Origin: Octopus sinensis | Lineage: Eukaryota | DNA: 64,000 bases | Reading direction: 5' to 3' | Assembly (NCBI RefSeq): GCF_006345805.1 | Contig: NC_043005.1 | Location: 72,416,001 to 72,480,000, forward strand | Part shown: one piece after another, positions 50,095 through 62,840 of the stretch | How the letters are laid out: every line of letters starts with the position of its first letter | Position numbering within the stretch: position 1 is the first letter of the stretch | The notes under the pieces: generated by a model | Seen by the model: only the letters and a program-made list of their open reading frames with translations | The model's database searches: none | What the model was told of the DNA's origin: nothing | Position numbers and translations under genes: made by a program

Positions 50095-50600
50095 ACATCA
50101 TCCTGTGAAGCACCTCAGCGCTTCATCAGTGATGTTTCCTGGAGTCATTCGATATTTTGGGTCTTTCAACATCAGAACACCCTAACCCAGGTGATCCAGC
50201 TGGGATTAATCAAGCCCCAACTTCAGTTGAGTTAGTAATATCCCTGGTAGCATTACCTCTTCCAATGCTCAGATCTGATCTGCATCTACCTTGAGCTAAC
50301 CTCTACTGCCTCCATAGCCAACCTAATATCCTTCTGTCTATTGACTTCTGTGATACCAACCATGCTGTCAGCTCTGCAGAGGGACTGGCCTGCAAACCCT
50401 ATGCATCGTACCACAATGGGGACACGCCTCACTAGCCATTCCTTAGTATGACATAGCTTCACTAGTTCAGCATCTTTACTCCTCTTAATCTCAATTGCCT
50501 CCTTGACATTTCTTCCTATTTAAATGTAACACTGCTTCTATGAACTTATTTTGAAGCAGACATTTCCTTTCTCCAGTTTTGGCCTTATAATATTGCACCT
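50095..50600 (-). mobile_element. HERO-like (RLE-type) non-LTR retrotransposon 3' remnant
   Basis: 50516-50253: GRNVKEAIEIKRSKDAELVKLCHTKEWLVRRVPIVVRCIGFAGQSLCRADSMVGITEVNRQKDIRLAMEAVEVSSR*MQIR parallels ERKxxKYxELV..C...GW....PIEVGCRGFAGQSLCRA...ASRWLWI; a structured 3'UTR follows. Confidence 0.8.
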
Positions 50601-51634
50601 TACCTTCTAGATCCCATGGCATTCAATCAGATTCTTAATTCCTATCAATACCATTCTTTCCAACTAAAAAATAACCATACTGGTGCTACAGTACCAATAT
50701 TACTCTTCTTAAAATAAGAGAGTCTCTGCTGTTCTAGTTCTATTTTTATTTCTTAGACTAAAAAAAATTAAACTGTATTTTATAACTTTTATAAAATTAT
50801 TTTCTGTTCTTTTTCTTATTACTTTGTGTCATATTATTTTGGCTTTTATTATTGCAATTTTATATTGAAATATTTCAAGGGAGTGCTGATTTAGACTGAA
50901 AAATGTTTATTTTGAGATTAGGCTTGTGCTTTCTTTTTCTAAACCGTCATCAGTTACAGATATGGATTGAGTGAAAAGTTGTTAAGTATGAATAATGAGA
51001 AATATCTAGACTAATTTCTCTTCGTTATTAATCAGACTTTAAAGATGATAAAAAAAGAAAAAATAGTAAACTAACTGCAATTGTGACAAGGTCATATTCC
51101 CATATTTGTATTCCCTCTCCTAATGCAGTACCATATTTTAATATAATTTATGAGTTTTATCAAATCTTCAAACATTGTTTTCTTAATTTAGATACAATTT
51201 CTCAAAATTTTAAAGCCTTATTTGCTATATTTGTTTTGTGTTTGTTTGAATTTTTAAAAAATTTCTTTTTTTAAAAATTAAATATTTTACTCACTTTAAT
51301 TAAACTTCTGAGTTCTCACTATTTTCCGAGAAGTGATTGCAAAGCTATTTATCAAATTTGTTTTTCTTCATTCTTATCTGCAATGCTTTTACATAAATGA
51401 AAACAATTCAGATGAGAATCAGAAAAGTTTGATAAATTGTTCAAAATTGATTGTATTTGAAAAATTAAAAAAATTTTTTTTTAAGGAGAGAGAGAGAGAG
51501 AGAGAGAGTGAGAGAGAAAGATACAGAGAGAGAGAGAGAGAAAGAGATGAAGAAAATAGAGACAAAACATTAAAACATTATTATATTCCTTGATGATAAT
51601 CTTGTTTTTTTTTGTTTTTTTTTACCCTTTGTAG

Positions 51635-51826
51635 ATTGCAGCAACACTGAATTAGTCAATGATAGATGGGGAGGTTTAATCCAGAGTCCAGAATATCCTT
51701 TAAAATATAAACCAGTTACACATTGTGAATGGCAAATCCAAGCATCTTCAAACAACAGTAAAATTTTACTTCAGTTTACAGTTTTTAAATTAGAAGGCCC
51801 AAGTAGTCCAGACCAAAAGGAAAACA
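51635..51826 (+). CDS. Internal exon: N-terminal half of the next CUB domain (same gene)
   Basis: Strong T-rich acceptor tttgtag| and donor |gtgagt; 192 nt, phase 1 to phase 1, in frame with 41547; (D)CSNTELVNDRWGGLIQSPEYPLKYKPVTHCEWQIQASSNNSKILLQFTVFKLEGPSSPDQKEN has G.I.SP.YP..Y, C.W.I and I.L.F..F.LE motifs. Missed by the ORF track. Confidence 0.93.
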
Positions 51827-51944
51827 GTGAGTATTTTCTCTTGATTTTATTAATATTATTATTGTTGTTGTTGTTGTTGTTATTATTATCATCATTATCA
51901 TTGTTATTATTGTTGTTGTTGATATTGTTATTATTATTATTGAA

Positions 51945-52232
51945 AGCAGCTAGCAGGCACAATTATTACTGCATAAAGTAAAACGCTTTGCAGCATTTTT
52001 TTCTTTGCATTCTGAGTTCAAATCCTGCCAAGGTCAACTTTAACTTCCATCTTTTCTGGCTTAATGTACCAGTTAAATACTGGGGCCTATGAAATCGAAT
52101 ATCCCCTTTTCTCCTATATTTCAGGCCTTGTGCCTATAGCAGAAGGAATTTGAACTCAGAATGTAAAGACAGACAAAATGTCACTAAGCATTTTGCTTTG
52201 CCCCAGGTGTTAACAATTCTGCCAGCTCACAA
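51945..52232. mobile_element. Two family A SINE pieces in inverted orientation
   Basis: + copy at 51945-52145 joined to a - head at 52146-52232 (CATTCTGAGTTCAAAT / ATTTGAACTCAGAATG). Confidence 0.75.
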
Positions 52233-53071
52233 CCTTATTAATAATAATAATCATTGTCATCATCATCATTATTGTCATCATCATCATCATCATCATCATC
52301 ATTCTCATCATCGTTGTCGTCATCTTTGGTGTCATCATCATTGTCATCATCATCATCATCATTGTCATCATATAAGTTGTAGATTAATCAGTGATCTAGT
52401 TAAACTATAATTTGTCTCATTTAAATCATCAGTGTTTGATATACATATGACTGTCATGCAATCCCATCTGCATCTTCCATAAACACGTGGTCCTTTGTTT
52501 AAACAAATGGCTGTGCCTCATTAATCTAGTGAGTTAGTGAAATATGGCCCTCAAATAGAAGAGATAGAACAATGAAAATTCTGACAATTTAGCCCTTGAT
52601 GCAGGTTTCATTTGTAGTTATAGGCTTTTTATGTATGTTCTCTCTGTTATTAACTTTGTTGCATTTTGGGAGGGTCATTACACCAAAAATTAACACACAC
52701 ACTGGTTCAGTTTCACTCTATTATTAGTGAATTTGTTAGCTATTTAATTAACTAATTAATGGATTGCTTGCTTAATCAGTTGTTTATCAAAATCCTTTTG
52801 TTGCCATTTGCATTCTATGTGGCACCAGTATGGATACTTATTATGTGGCACCAGCATGATGACATAGCATCCACAGGGTCACCAAATAGTTTGCAAGACA
52901 AGGGCTTGTCAGCTGAAAGAGAAGGAGTTGAACTGAGAGAAGGGGCCATGTGCCAGGTGAGAAATTGGAGAGACTGATGGAAACAATAATATCGATTGAG
53001 TCAACCCACAATATTTTGCTTGATATTTTCTTATCAACTATAAAGGAATGAAATGCAAAAATTCAAAATTT

Positions 53072-53846
53072 ACCGGTTAGCATTTAAACCAACCATATCC
53101 AGCACACATATTCTACCTGTTTTATGTTCAAATTGGCCAGATCTAGTCTCTCATACCTACTCTGCAATCTCATTCTAAAAATAAACAATCACGTCTTTGA
53201 AATCTCAAAGCTGTGAGATTATACAGGATTAATTTTATAAAATGTGAATATATAAGTACGAGCAAAACGCCCCCTGTCCAATGGACGGTGCTGAGTTGTC
53301 AAACATTTGAACCAAATTTCTCAAAACAACTTGTCCAACCGTCCCATAGGCTGCCTCTTTGAGAAACACTGATTTAACCTAAATTTGAGACACCAGCAAA
53401 AAAAGAAATAAAGATAGACTTTTTTCTATTCCAAAGAAAAACGATTTTATTCACACAAATATGCAACCGAAGAGTTTAAAGTACCAGTAATGATAAGGTT
53501 GTTGACTGGGAGAACATAAACATGGTTTAAACAGTAAGCTTGGCAGGAAAGATATGTGTCTTTAAGCAGTACAAAAAACAACAAAAAATGGAAGGTGCAG
53601 TTACGTACAGGTTGGTGGAAGAAAAGCAGGACAAAAATGACTTTATCAATCACATTCTCACCTGGAATCGATTTTTGTAATTTTTTCATGACTTATACAT
53701 GCCCTGATACCGTCGGTATCTACATATGAAATTTGAGTGCAATCGGATGGAGGATACCCGAGATCTCAGAAGACACACACACAGACAGACAGAACAGATT
53801 TTATATAATAGATAACATTTGACAAAGTAATCCGAATGCTAAAGGG
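53072..53846. mobile_element. piggyBac-type MITE split by a Helitron
   Basis: 53072-53258 plus 53813-53846 rejoin to match 23050-23268; right end GCTAAAGGG|TTAA. Confidence 0.8.
53259..53812 (-). mobile_element. Non-autonomous Helitron (nested)
   Basis: On -: A|TCTATTATATAAAATC ... hairpin CCGTCCATTGGACAGG ... CTCG|T. Confidence 0.75.
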
Positions 53847-54679
53847 TTAAACTTATGGGATTTGAATCCAAATTCTTCAAATAATAAACAATATACTGTA
53901 AAATATCGAATCTAAATCTTTATGGTTTATGTTGTTTTCACTGACCTTCTAAAACTATAAGAATAATTTCTTTTGAACAGGCACAAGATCAGCTTTTAGC
54001 TTTGCAGGAGAAGGGAGTAGTTCTTTGAATTTAGATATCGAGTCTGGAAAGATGAAAGTTAAAAATCGACAGACCTCCACTTGGGATTTATAATGAAACC
54101 AATAAGGTACCTCATGAAACGCTATAAAGTATAGCTTGGCGCACTATTGTCTCAGCTATCTCTACCACACTTTCATATCGACTGTAGCTATGTTTATTAG
54201 TGATAGCAATGATGTCATAGTACAGCAAGAGGGTAGAAAGTAGCCACAAAGTCTAATGACTCTCTTTTGGTAAAAATCAATGAAGAAAGCTATAAAATCT
54301 GCAGCAATTATTTATTTTGCAAAGAAAAAGAAGAAAGCGAAAGTAAAAAGTAAAGGTGGGAGGAAGAGGAGGGGCAGGATATTGTTATAATTTAACTCAC
54401 TGATAGGACATTTTATTTAGATAAGTCTGTTTGTTACTTTCCAGTTTGTTTTTAGTTGGTTTTTTTTTTCATATAAATTACCGATCTTTGAAATAGTTTA
54501 ACGATTTATTATCATTTATTTATTTTTTAATTTTTTTTTACCAAACATAAAATGTATATTCGATGAATTTGCGGCGTTTGTAATAGTAATTTAGATATCT
54601 CATTTTTTTTTTATTATTATTTTTACATCAGGTATATTTGGAACGGTGCTATAAATAAGATGAACAACATCACTTTTGC

Positions 54680-54721
<42 letters not shown>

Positions 54722-55457
54722 GCATATACATGTATATATGTATATGTGTATACATGTATACATAGATGGGTGTATATATATGTATATGTATTTGTGTGTG
54801 TATATATAAATATATATGCATACATATATATGTATATATATATATATTATATATATATATATATATATACATACATATATATACACGTATATATACATAT
54901 ATATTCACATATATATATACATATCCTCATCACTCTTTAGATTCAAGTAAGGAAATCTTTATCAGAAATCTGAACAAAAATGAAGAGATAAGCATAATCT
55001 GTGAATTTATCCTCTTTTTCATTTTTACTTATTCACATACATCTCTACTCTTTCATTTATACTTTCATAAACTCTCACCAGTAAACTCTTTCTATTCACT
55101 TAGTAATTGACTTCTCTAATCATGTAAATACTCCTTCATTAATTTTTTTCACTCATTCATTTTGTACGTTCATTCACTTTCACGTTAAGCTTTATTTCAT
55201 TCATTCAGTAATTCGCTTTTCTCATCATCTAGATTCTCCATCATTCATTCTTTCTACAAATTACACATTCCTTTCTATAATCTATCACCTACCTCCTTCT
55301 TTACTCATTCACTCACCAACTCATTGTTTCATTCAAATAATTACAAACTGTTACTTATCAACTCACTTGCACCACCCATGCTTCACTCCTATTTCTTTAG
55401 GCTCACAATTCCCCAATTCACTCAGTTTTATTTAATTTACTTATTTTTGCCCTCTAT

Positions 55458-55894
55458 AGCCACAGACGTGGCTGTGTGGTAAGAATTTTGCTTCCCAACC
55501 ACATGGTTCCTGGTTCAATCCCACTACATGGCACCTTGGGCAAGTTTTTTTCTACTGTAGCTTCAAGTCAGCCAACACCTCATGAATGAATTTGGTAGAC
55601 AGAAACTGAGAGAAGCATGTTACACACATATGGTAGACAGAAACTGAAACAGCGAGCTGACAGAAATATTAGCCCTCGAGCCGAAATACTTAGCGGTATT
55701 TCGTCTGCCGTTATGTTCTGAGTTCAAATTCCACCGAGGTCAACTTTGCCTTTCATCCTTTCGGGGTCAATTAAATAAGTACCAGTTACACATTGGGGCC
55801 GATATAATCGACTTCATCCATTTGTCTGTCCTTGTTTGTCCCCTCTGTGTGTAGCCCCTTGTGGGCAGTAAAGAAATAAGAAACTGAAAGAAGC

Positions 55895-55931
<37 letters not shown>

Positions 55932-56168
55932 GTTTGTCTGTATGTGTGTGTATCTTTGTGTCCATATTTGTCTCCTCACCACACCACTTGGCATCCATTG
56001 TTGGTGTGTTTATGTCTCCCATAACTTAGCAGTTCAACAAAAGAAACTGACTGAATAAGTAACAGGTTTTAAAAGAATAAGAGCTGGGTGGAAGGTCAAT
56101 TCATTTAACTAAAATTCTCTGAGGTGGTGCCCCAGCATGGCTGCAGTCTAATGGCTGAAACAAGTAAG
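55458..56168 (+). mobile_element. Family B SINE interrupted by a family A SINE
   Basis: Nested copy at 55650-55878 with TSD AGAAACTGAAA (55639-55649 and 55879-55889). Confidence 0.85.
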
Positions 56169-56936
56169 GCAGTTAGCTAGCATTGTTACAACACTGGACA
56201 AAATTTTTGGCTTGTGACACTTTACTTTTGAAGAGATTGACTTCGCCTTTCATCATTTTGACAGGCCAAAACATTAAGCATAAGTCAAGGACTGAATTTC
56301 ATGTGATTGACTTGCTCCTTCCACTTCAGAATTGCTGGCCTTGTACCAAAATTAGAAAGAACTATTTGCTTTTTATCTCAGTCATACAGCTACTCACAGA
56401 ATCTCCTTGAGATTAATTGATTTCTTAAATGTTTTGTTTTAAATCCAGTGTAGCAGAGATTTGCTCATAAGTGCAGTAAATAATTATTAATTCTTTTAAT
56501 GTCAATGCTTTAAAAATGCTTTTAAAAGAAGAACAACAACAACAGCAACAAACAGCTAAAATATTTGTTCAACAATCTATAGTTAATTAAATGCTGTTAA
56601 GCAGATAATATTTTGAAAGGTATTTTAAATGTTTATTTTCATTTTATATAATAAATAATAGCTAAATTCATATATATTTTTTTATGTATATATATATATT
56701 TTAATATCAGTTAAAAAAAATTTAAATAAACATTTCAAAAATTCAAAGGAAGTGCACAACATGTAGTAATATTGCAAAAAATGCACACTGCACTTCATAT
56801 ATTCCATTTGCATGTTACAACTTCATATCTGAGTTATACTACTAAGAATTTCTATAATGAAAGGATTCTGGTACATATGTATATGTGCAAGTATGCATGT
56901 GTTTTCATATACACACATCTGTTTACACATATATGC

Positions 56937-56995
<59 letters not shown>

Positions 56996-56998
<3 letters not shown>

Positions 56999-57790
56999 GG
57001 TACAGGGAATATATTGTTGTCTGTATTATGCAAAAATGAAAAGAACACACTGACATCTCATTTCAACAGATATATTTACTAAAATTACATGAAAATATCT
57101 TGAAATACCAAAAACTAAATTTATTCAATAAAATCGTCATTGGCTTCAACCACGGCCTCCGGACAGCTTTGGAATCTCCTGCAACTCTTTTGAATGAACT
57201 CCTTGTTTAAGTCAGTGAATGCTGCCACAATCCTTGCCTTCAGTTCATCATCGATGTTACAAGGAGTTCTGTTGGTCTCTTGCTCAAAGGTGCTCCACAC
57301 ATAATAATCAAGGGGGTTACAGCCAAGGGAGTTAGGTGGCCAGATTATGTGGTCATAAAAATTGTCTGACAGCCATGACTGGGTTCTCCTACTTCTGTGA
57401 CATGGTGCAAAATCCTGTTGCCAAACATAGGTTCTTCCAGCAGCCACCCTCTTGACCCGGAGCAGCACTACCTCCTCCAAGCACTTGATGTAGGCTGCCA
57501 TGTTGAGCCTGAGGCCATGTGGGAAGATGAATAGAGGCATAACATTGTCATCACTAGTGATCACTCCAAACACTATGATGTTGCCAGGATTCTTGATTTT
57601 TATCACACTTGGTACATGTTTTGGGAACGCAGTAAACCTACAGTTGTTCTGTGTGTTCACCATCTGTTCATATTGGAGCTTCCTGCAGGAATGCCGAGCA
57701 GTACAGCATGTAGTTTCCACATTTCTGGCAGAGTGAATTGTGTCATGGTGCTTTTTTTCTCACAGACAGTGAACAACTGGTCCTACTAGG
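56996..57790 (-). mobile_element. Internally deleted Tc1/mariner (maT/DD37D-like) element
   Basis: ATG 57746 gives MTQFTLPEMWKLHAVLLGIPAGSSN, then jumps frame to QMVNTQNN...VWQQDFAPCH...WPPNSLGCNPLDYYVW...EANDDFIE* (stop at 57121); HTH and first catalytic D absent; TA|CAGGG terminus at 56996. Confidence 0.88.
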
Positions 57791-57798
57791 TCCTAGGA

Positions 57799-57893
<95 letters not shown>

Positions 57894-58086
57894 GTGGGGC
57901 AGCATATTTAAACACTTTCTGTAGGACAGGATATACTAGTTAGTGACTTTGAAGTTCTGGGTTATTAACTGTCATCTAATTGTAAATTGTTTTGGTTTTC
58001 CAGTCCTTTAGATATTTTTCAGGACTTCATCAAATGCATGAGTCACTAACTAACATATCCTGTTCTACAGAAAGTGTTTACAACAT

Positions 58087-58223
<137 letters not shown>

Positions 58224-59422
58224 ATGAAAAAATGTGGGTGCCAAGTAGATGCATTGTGATGGTGTATTCTTGTTGCACATAAAATCTCTTCAGCAATAGT
58301 TTCGATCACTGGTTGGACAAGTGTGTTTTTTTATAACCCCAGGCCAACAAACGCTGTGTGAATGAATATCGTAGATGAAGATTGCTTTATATATCTGAGC
58401 ATGTGCCTTGTGTCTCTGTTTTCCCCTCCCCCACTCAACTAGTCCTTGATAACTGGGGTTGGTTTGTTTCCACTCCTGTTACTTAGTGGTTTGGCAAAAT
58501 AAACAGAAATTTTTTTTAAATAAGAGAACAAGTACCAGACTTAAAAAATAAGTTATGGGCTGCAGTCCAATGACTAAAACAAATGAATAATAAAAAGTAA
58601 AAAGTTATCTCATGATGATGATTTTAATCATCATCATCATACAAATTATTGAGGTGATTTTCTTTGGCCAGTTGCATTTCCATTGCCATCCTTCACTTGT
58701 TTCCCAGTAAGGTATGATTTCCTTTAGTCTTTCGAATAAAGAACAGTTCAACAGCCAGGCATGTTTTTGCAGCAGCCTGCAGAGCCACACGGTAAGAATG
58801 GCACTGAATTATCAGATAGTGAAGGAAACCCCTTATGTACAAGACCAGAAATATTTCTGTGTGTGCATATGTATGTGTCTGTGCATGCTAAACTCAATTC
58901 TCTCTGTGCTTTCATGTGTACTGCACCTAACTAGGCCAGGTGGCACAACCTATGCATTAAGGCAGCAAATGACTTCCTAGCAAACTGGTGTGTGCAGCAT
59001 CTCAGATCACACCATGAGAGACACAGAAAGGCATCTACTCTCATCACAAAACAGTTTTCCTTGCCTGACCTGCAAGCATATATCTGTATTTCACTGCAAT
59101 CCAAGAAGTCACTTGAGCAGCCACAGATATTGGACTATGCAACACAATTATCTTTCTTGTACTCAAGAGACTACCGAACAGGCAAGCAAGTAATATATAT
59201 ATATAAAGTAGCAAACTGTCAATAGTATCTCTCTATCTAATTTATCTTCATATATATATATATATGTATGTATGAATATATGATTCATATGTAAGTGTAA
59301 CAGATATATATATATCTATATATATACACACATATATACATATTATATATATATATGTATATATATACACATATATATATATATAGTAACAGACTGTCAA
59401 TAGTATCTCTCCGTCAATTTAT

Positions 59423-59474
<52 letters not shown>

Positions 59475-60237
59475 TCTATCTATCTATCATCTATCTATAT
59501 ATATAATATTATATATATTATATATATATATATATATATACATATATATAATCCATATATATATATCTATAATATATATGTTATGTAATATACATGTGGT
59601 ATATATATATATATACATATATATATTAATGTATATATATGTATACATATATATACATACATATATATATACATGCATAAATGCAGATTGATAGATAGAC
59701 ATAGATACACACACACACACACATACATGAAGACACAGACAGACCTCTAGTTATTTTTAATGGAAAACAATTAGTGCTTGTGTGGTGGGGTTTATATCAG
59801 CATGAAGTGAACAAAAACTGGTAATGAGTTATCTCTTTTCATACCATTCTCTACTTTTGATTTTGCATCTTATGAGATCAATGAAAACGAAATACCACAT
59901 AAAATGCTGGGGTCAAAATAATTGAAAAAATGCCTTGAAAGTTGATACGCCTACATGGCTGCAGTCCAATGACTGAAACCAGCAAAGAAGAAGAAAAAAA
60001 TGGGATCAATGCTTTTTATCTGTACTGAGTCAATAATATGATCAGAGATATTATACTGATGTTGATTCAGTTGAATCAACCAACTCCCCTATGTCACTTT
60101 TGGCTCTCGACCAAAAATAAGAAATCAATTTTCCTCAGAATTTTTTAAGTTACCATTACAAACCAAGTAATGTTTTTTGATTTGGAAAAGAACAAAAAAA
60201 GCTTCGTATTTACCTAGTCAAGCTTATCATCATCATT

Positions 60238-60272
<35 letters not shown>

Positions 60273-60329
60273 TTAATGCCCATGCTCCATGGTAGCATTG
60301 GTTGAACACTAATATATGTCTGTCTTTTC

Positions 60330-60409
60330 AGCACGCACACATATATATGTATGCATATATGTAAGTATGTGTGTCTATATACATGTGTGTGTGTGTATAT
60401 ACATATATA

Positions 60410-60464
<55 letters not shown>

Positions 60465-60537
60465 TTTATGCATGTGTATATACCTGTTCATATGTTATTG
60501 AATGACAAGGGAAATATATCTACATGTACATATTTTA

Positions 60538-60583
<46 letters not shown>

Positions 60584-60634
60584 TTTTATATTTATATATA
60601 TGTGTATATATATATATATGTATATATTTATATT

Positions 60635-60671
<37 letters not shown>

Positions 60672-60702
60672 ATGTGTATATATATGTATATATATATATA
60701 TG

Positions 60703-60734
<32 letters not shown>

Positions 60735-60751
60735 ATATATATATATAGATA

Positions 60752-60805
<54 letters not shown>

Positions 60806-60965
60806 ATGTATGTATATATACTCCATATATATATATATAGAGAGAGAGAGAGAGGGAGAGAGAGAGAGAAAGATAGACAGATAGATATATATGTACATTT
60901 TATATACATATATAAAAATATAAATATATACATTTATGTATATATATAGGCATATGTGTATTTGT

Positions 60966-60996
<31 letters not shown>

Positions 60997-61000
60997 TATC

Positions 61001-61035
<35 letters not shown>
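60330..61035. repeat. Compound TA-rich microsatellite block
   Basis: (TA)n, (TG)n and (GA)n mosaics. Confidence 0.95.
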
Positions 61036-61038
<3 letters not shown>

Positions 61039-61973
61039 GAGAGCATAACTGCTAGAATAAGAATAGCCTGAGCAAAGTTCAGACAGCACTTACCTCTGCT
61101 AGTGACAAAGGGCCTCTCGTTCAGAGTAAAAGTTAGACTGTATGATGCATGGGCCATGACTGTTGAGGACATGTGTAAGCTTGCAAAGAATAAAGCTAGT
61201 ATGCTCTGCTGGATGTGTAAAGTCAGTGTGCATACAAGAGAGTTTAAGCGTCCTGAGAGAAAATCGGACATAAGAAGCATCAGATGTGGTGAGCTAGAGA
61301 GACAACTGTGCTGGTATGGTCATGTGTTGCAAATGGATGAGGACAGCTGTGTGAAAAAGTGTCACACCCTAGCAGTAGAGGGAATTTGTGGAAGAGGTAG
61401 AGCCAGGAAGACCTGGGATGGGGTGTTGAAGCATGACCTTCAAACATTGGGCCTCACCAAGGCAATGACAAATGACCGAGAACTTTGGACATATGCTGTG
61501 CTTGAGAAGACCTGGCAAGCCCAGTGCAGCACAACCAGCCCATTTAAGAGTGCCCTTCAATCATTGGGCAATAAACTGCACTTGCGAAGACCTGTTGAGG
61601 CAAGTGATGTCATTGTCATAGCCAATGACAGTACTGCCTGATTGGCACCCATTCTGGTGGCACATGAAAAGCAACACTTGAGCGTGGTTGATGCTAGTGC
61701 TGTCTGACTGGTCCCATGCAGGTGGCATATAAAAAGCATCATTCAAGCATGGCCGATTCCAGTACCACCTGACTGGCCCTTGTACTAGTGGCATGTAAAA
61801 AGCACCCACTACACTGTCGAAGTGGCTGGCATTAAGAAGGACATCTAGCTATAGAAACATTGCCAGATCAGATTGAAGCCTGGTGCAGCCATCTGGCTTG
61901 CCAGCCCTCAGTCAAACTGTCCAACCCATGCCAGCATGGAAAGCGGACGTTAAATGGTGAAGATGATGATGAT
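61039..61973 (+). mobile_element. 5'-truncated RTE LINE (ORF end plus full 3'UTR)
   Basis: ESITARIRIA*AKFRQHLPLLVTKGLSFRVKVRLYDA...LCWYGHVLQMDEDSCVKKCHTLAVEGICGRGRARKTWD...; UTR repeats and (GAT)n tail. Confidence 0.92.
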
Positions 61974-61992
61974 ATGTACATTTTGTATATAT

Positions 61993-62262
61993 AGACTTGG
62001 CCCCTGTGCTATCCGCCCACTACAAAAATCGAACTCAGGATACTTAGCAACATTACATCACAATTATTTTACCTCAGCAGGTCAAACTCTCTTTAATACC
62101 ATAGCAAAACGCATCAAAACAGAAACAGATCCGATAAAATTCCAATATTGACTGGACAAATTTCTTTAAAAAATCCCAGACCAACCTCCTACATCCAGAT
62201 ATGTTTCCAACATATATTATTGAATGACAAGGGAAATACTACATTTATATGTACATTTCATA
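61993..62262 (+). mobile_element. CR1-clade ORF 3' remnant
   Basis: RLGPCAIRPLQKSNSGYLATLHHNYFTSAGQTLFN...LDKFL*KIPDQP. Confidence 0.75.
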
Positions 62263-62264
62263 TG

Positions 62265-62545
62265 ATTTTTGATTTTGATTTTGATTTTTCTAGTTTCAGC
62301 TAATGAGCTGTGGCCATGCTGGGGCACCGCCATTTATATATATATATATATATATAATGAGAGAGGGAGAGAGAGGAAGACAGATAGACAGACTGATAGA
62401 TAGATAGATAGATAGATAGGTAGGTAGGTAGGTAGTTAGGTAGGTAGGTAAATAGATATACATATATGTACATTTTATATATACATATAATGTACATATA
62501 AATATACTATTTCCCTTGTCATTCAATAATATACATGAACATGTG
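62265..62545 (-). mobile_element. CR1-type 3'UTR and tail, inverted
   Basis: On -: TATTATTGAATGACAAGGGAAAT (also at 60492 and 62218), microsatellites, GGCGGTGCCCCAGCATGGCCACAGC...CTGAAAC, (ATCAAA)n. Confidence 0.65.
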
Positions 62546-62840
62546 TATACACATGCATATATATTTAGATAGATAAATAGATAGATAGATAGATAGATAG
62601 ATACACACATGCATATAATCCATACAGATATTAGTCTAACAACAAAGCGAAAGGTAGTACTAAATACATGGTGCACAGCATATTGTTTATTGAAACTGAA
62701 TTATTTTCCTTGCAAACTGAATTTGATGTCACTGCATTCAATGTTTCTGTTTGATATTTTTTCTGGTTTATGTATATTGGGAAAGGTTAGGATTAGGGTT
62801 TCTTGTGTTTTGTTTTTGTTTATGCTCTTTGTCATTGGGA

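Noticed and set aside
58728-58791. Candidate next exon with good AG and GTAAGA sites
   Set aside because: The phase-1 translation (FRIKNSSTARHVFAAACRAT) lacks C-terminal CUB motifs
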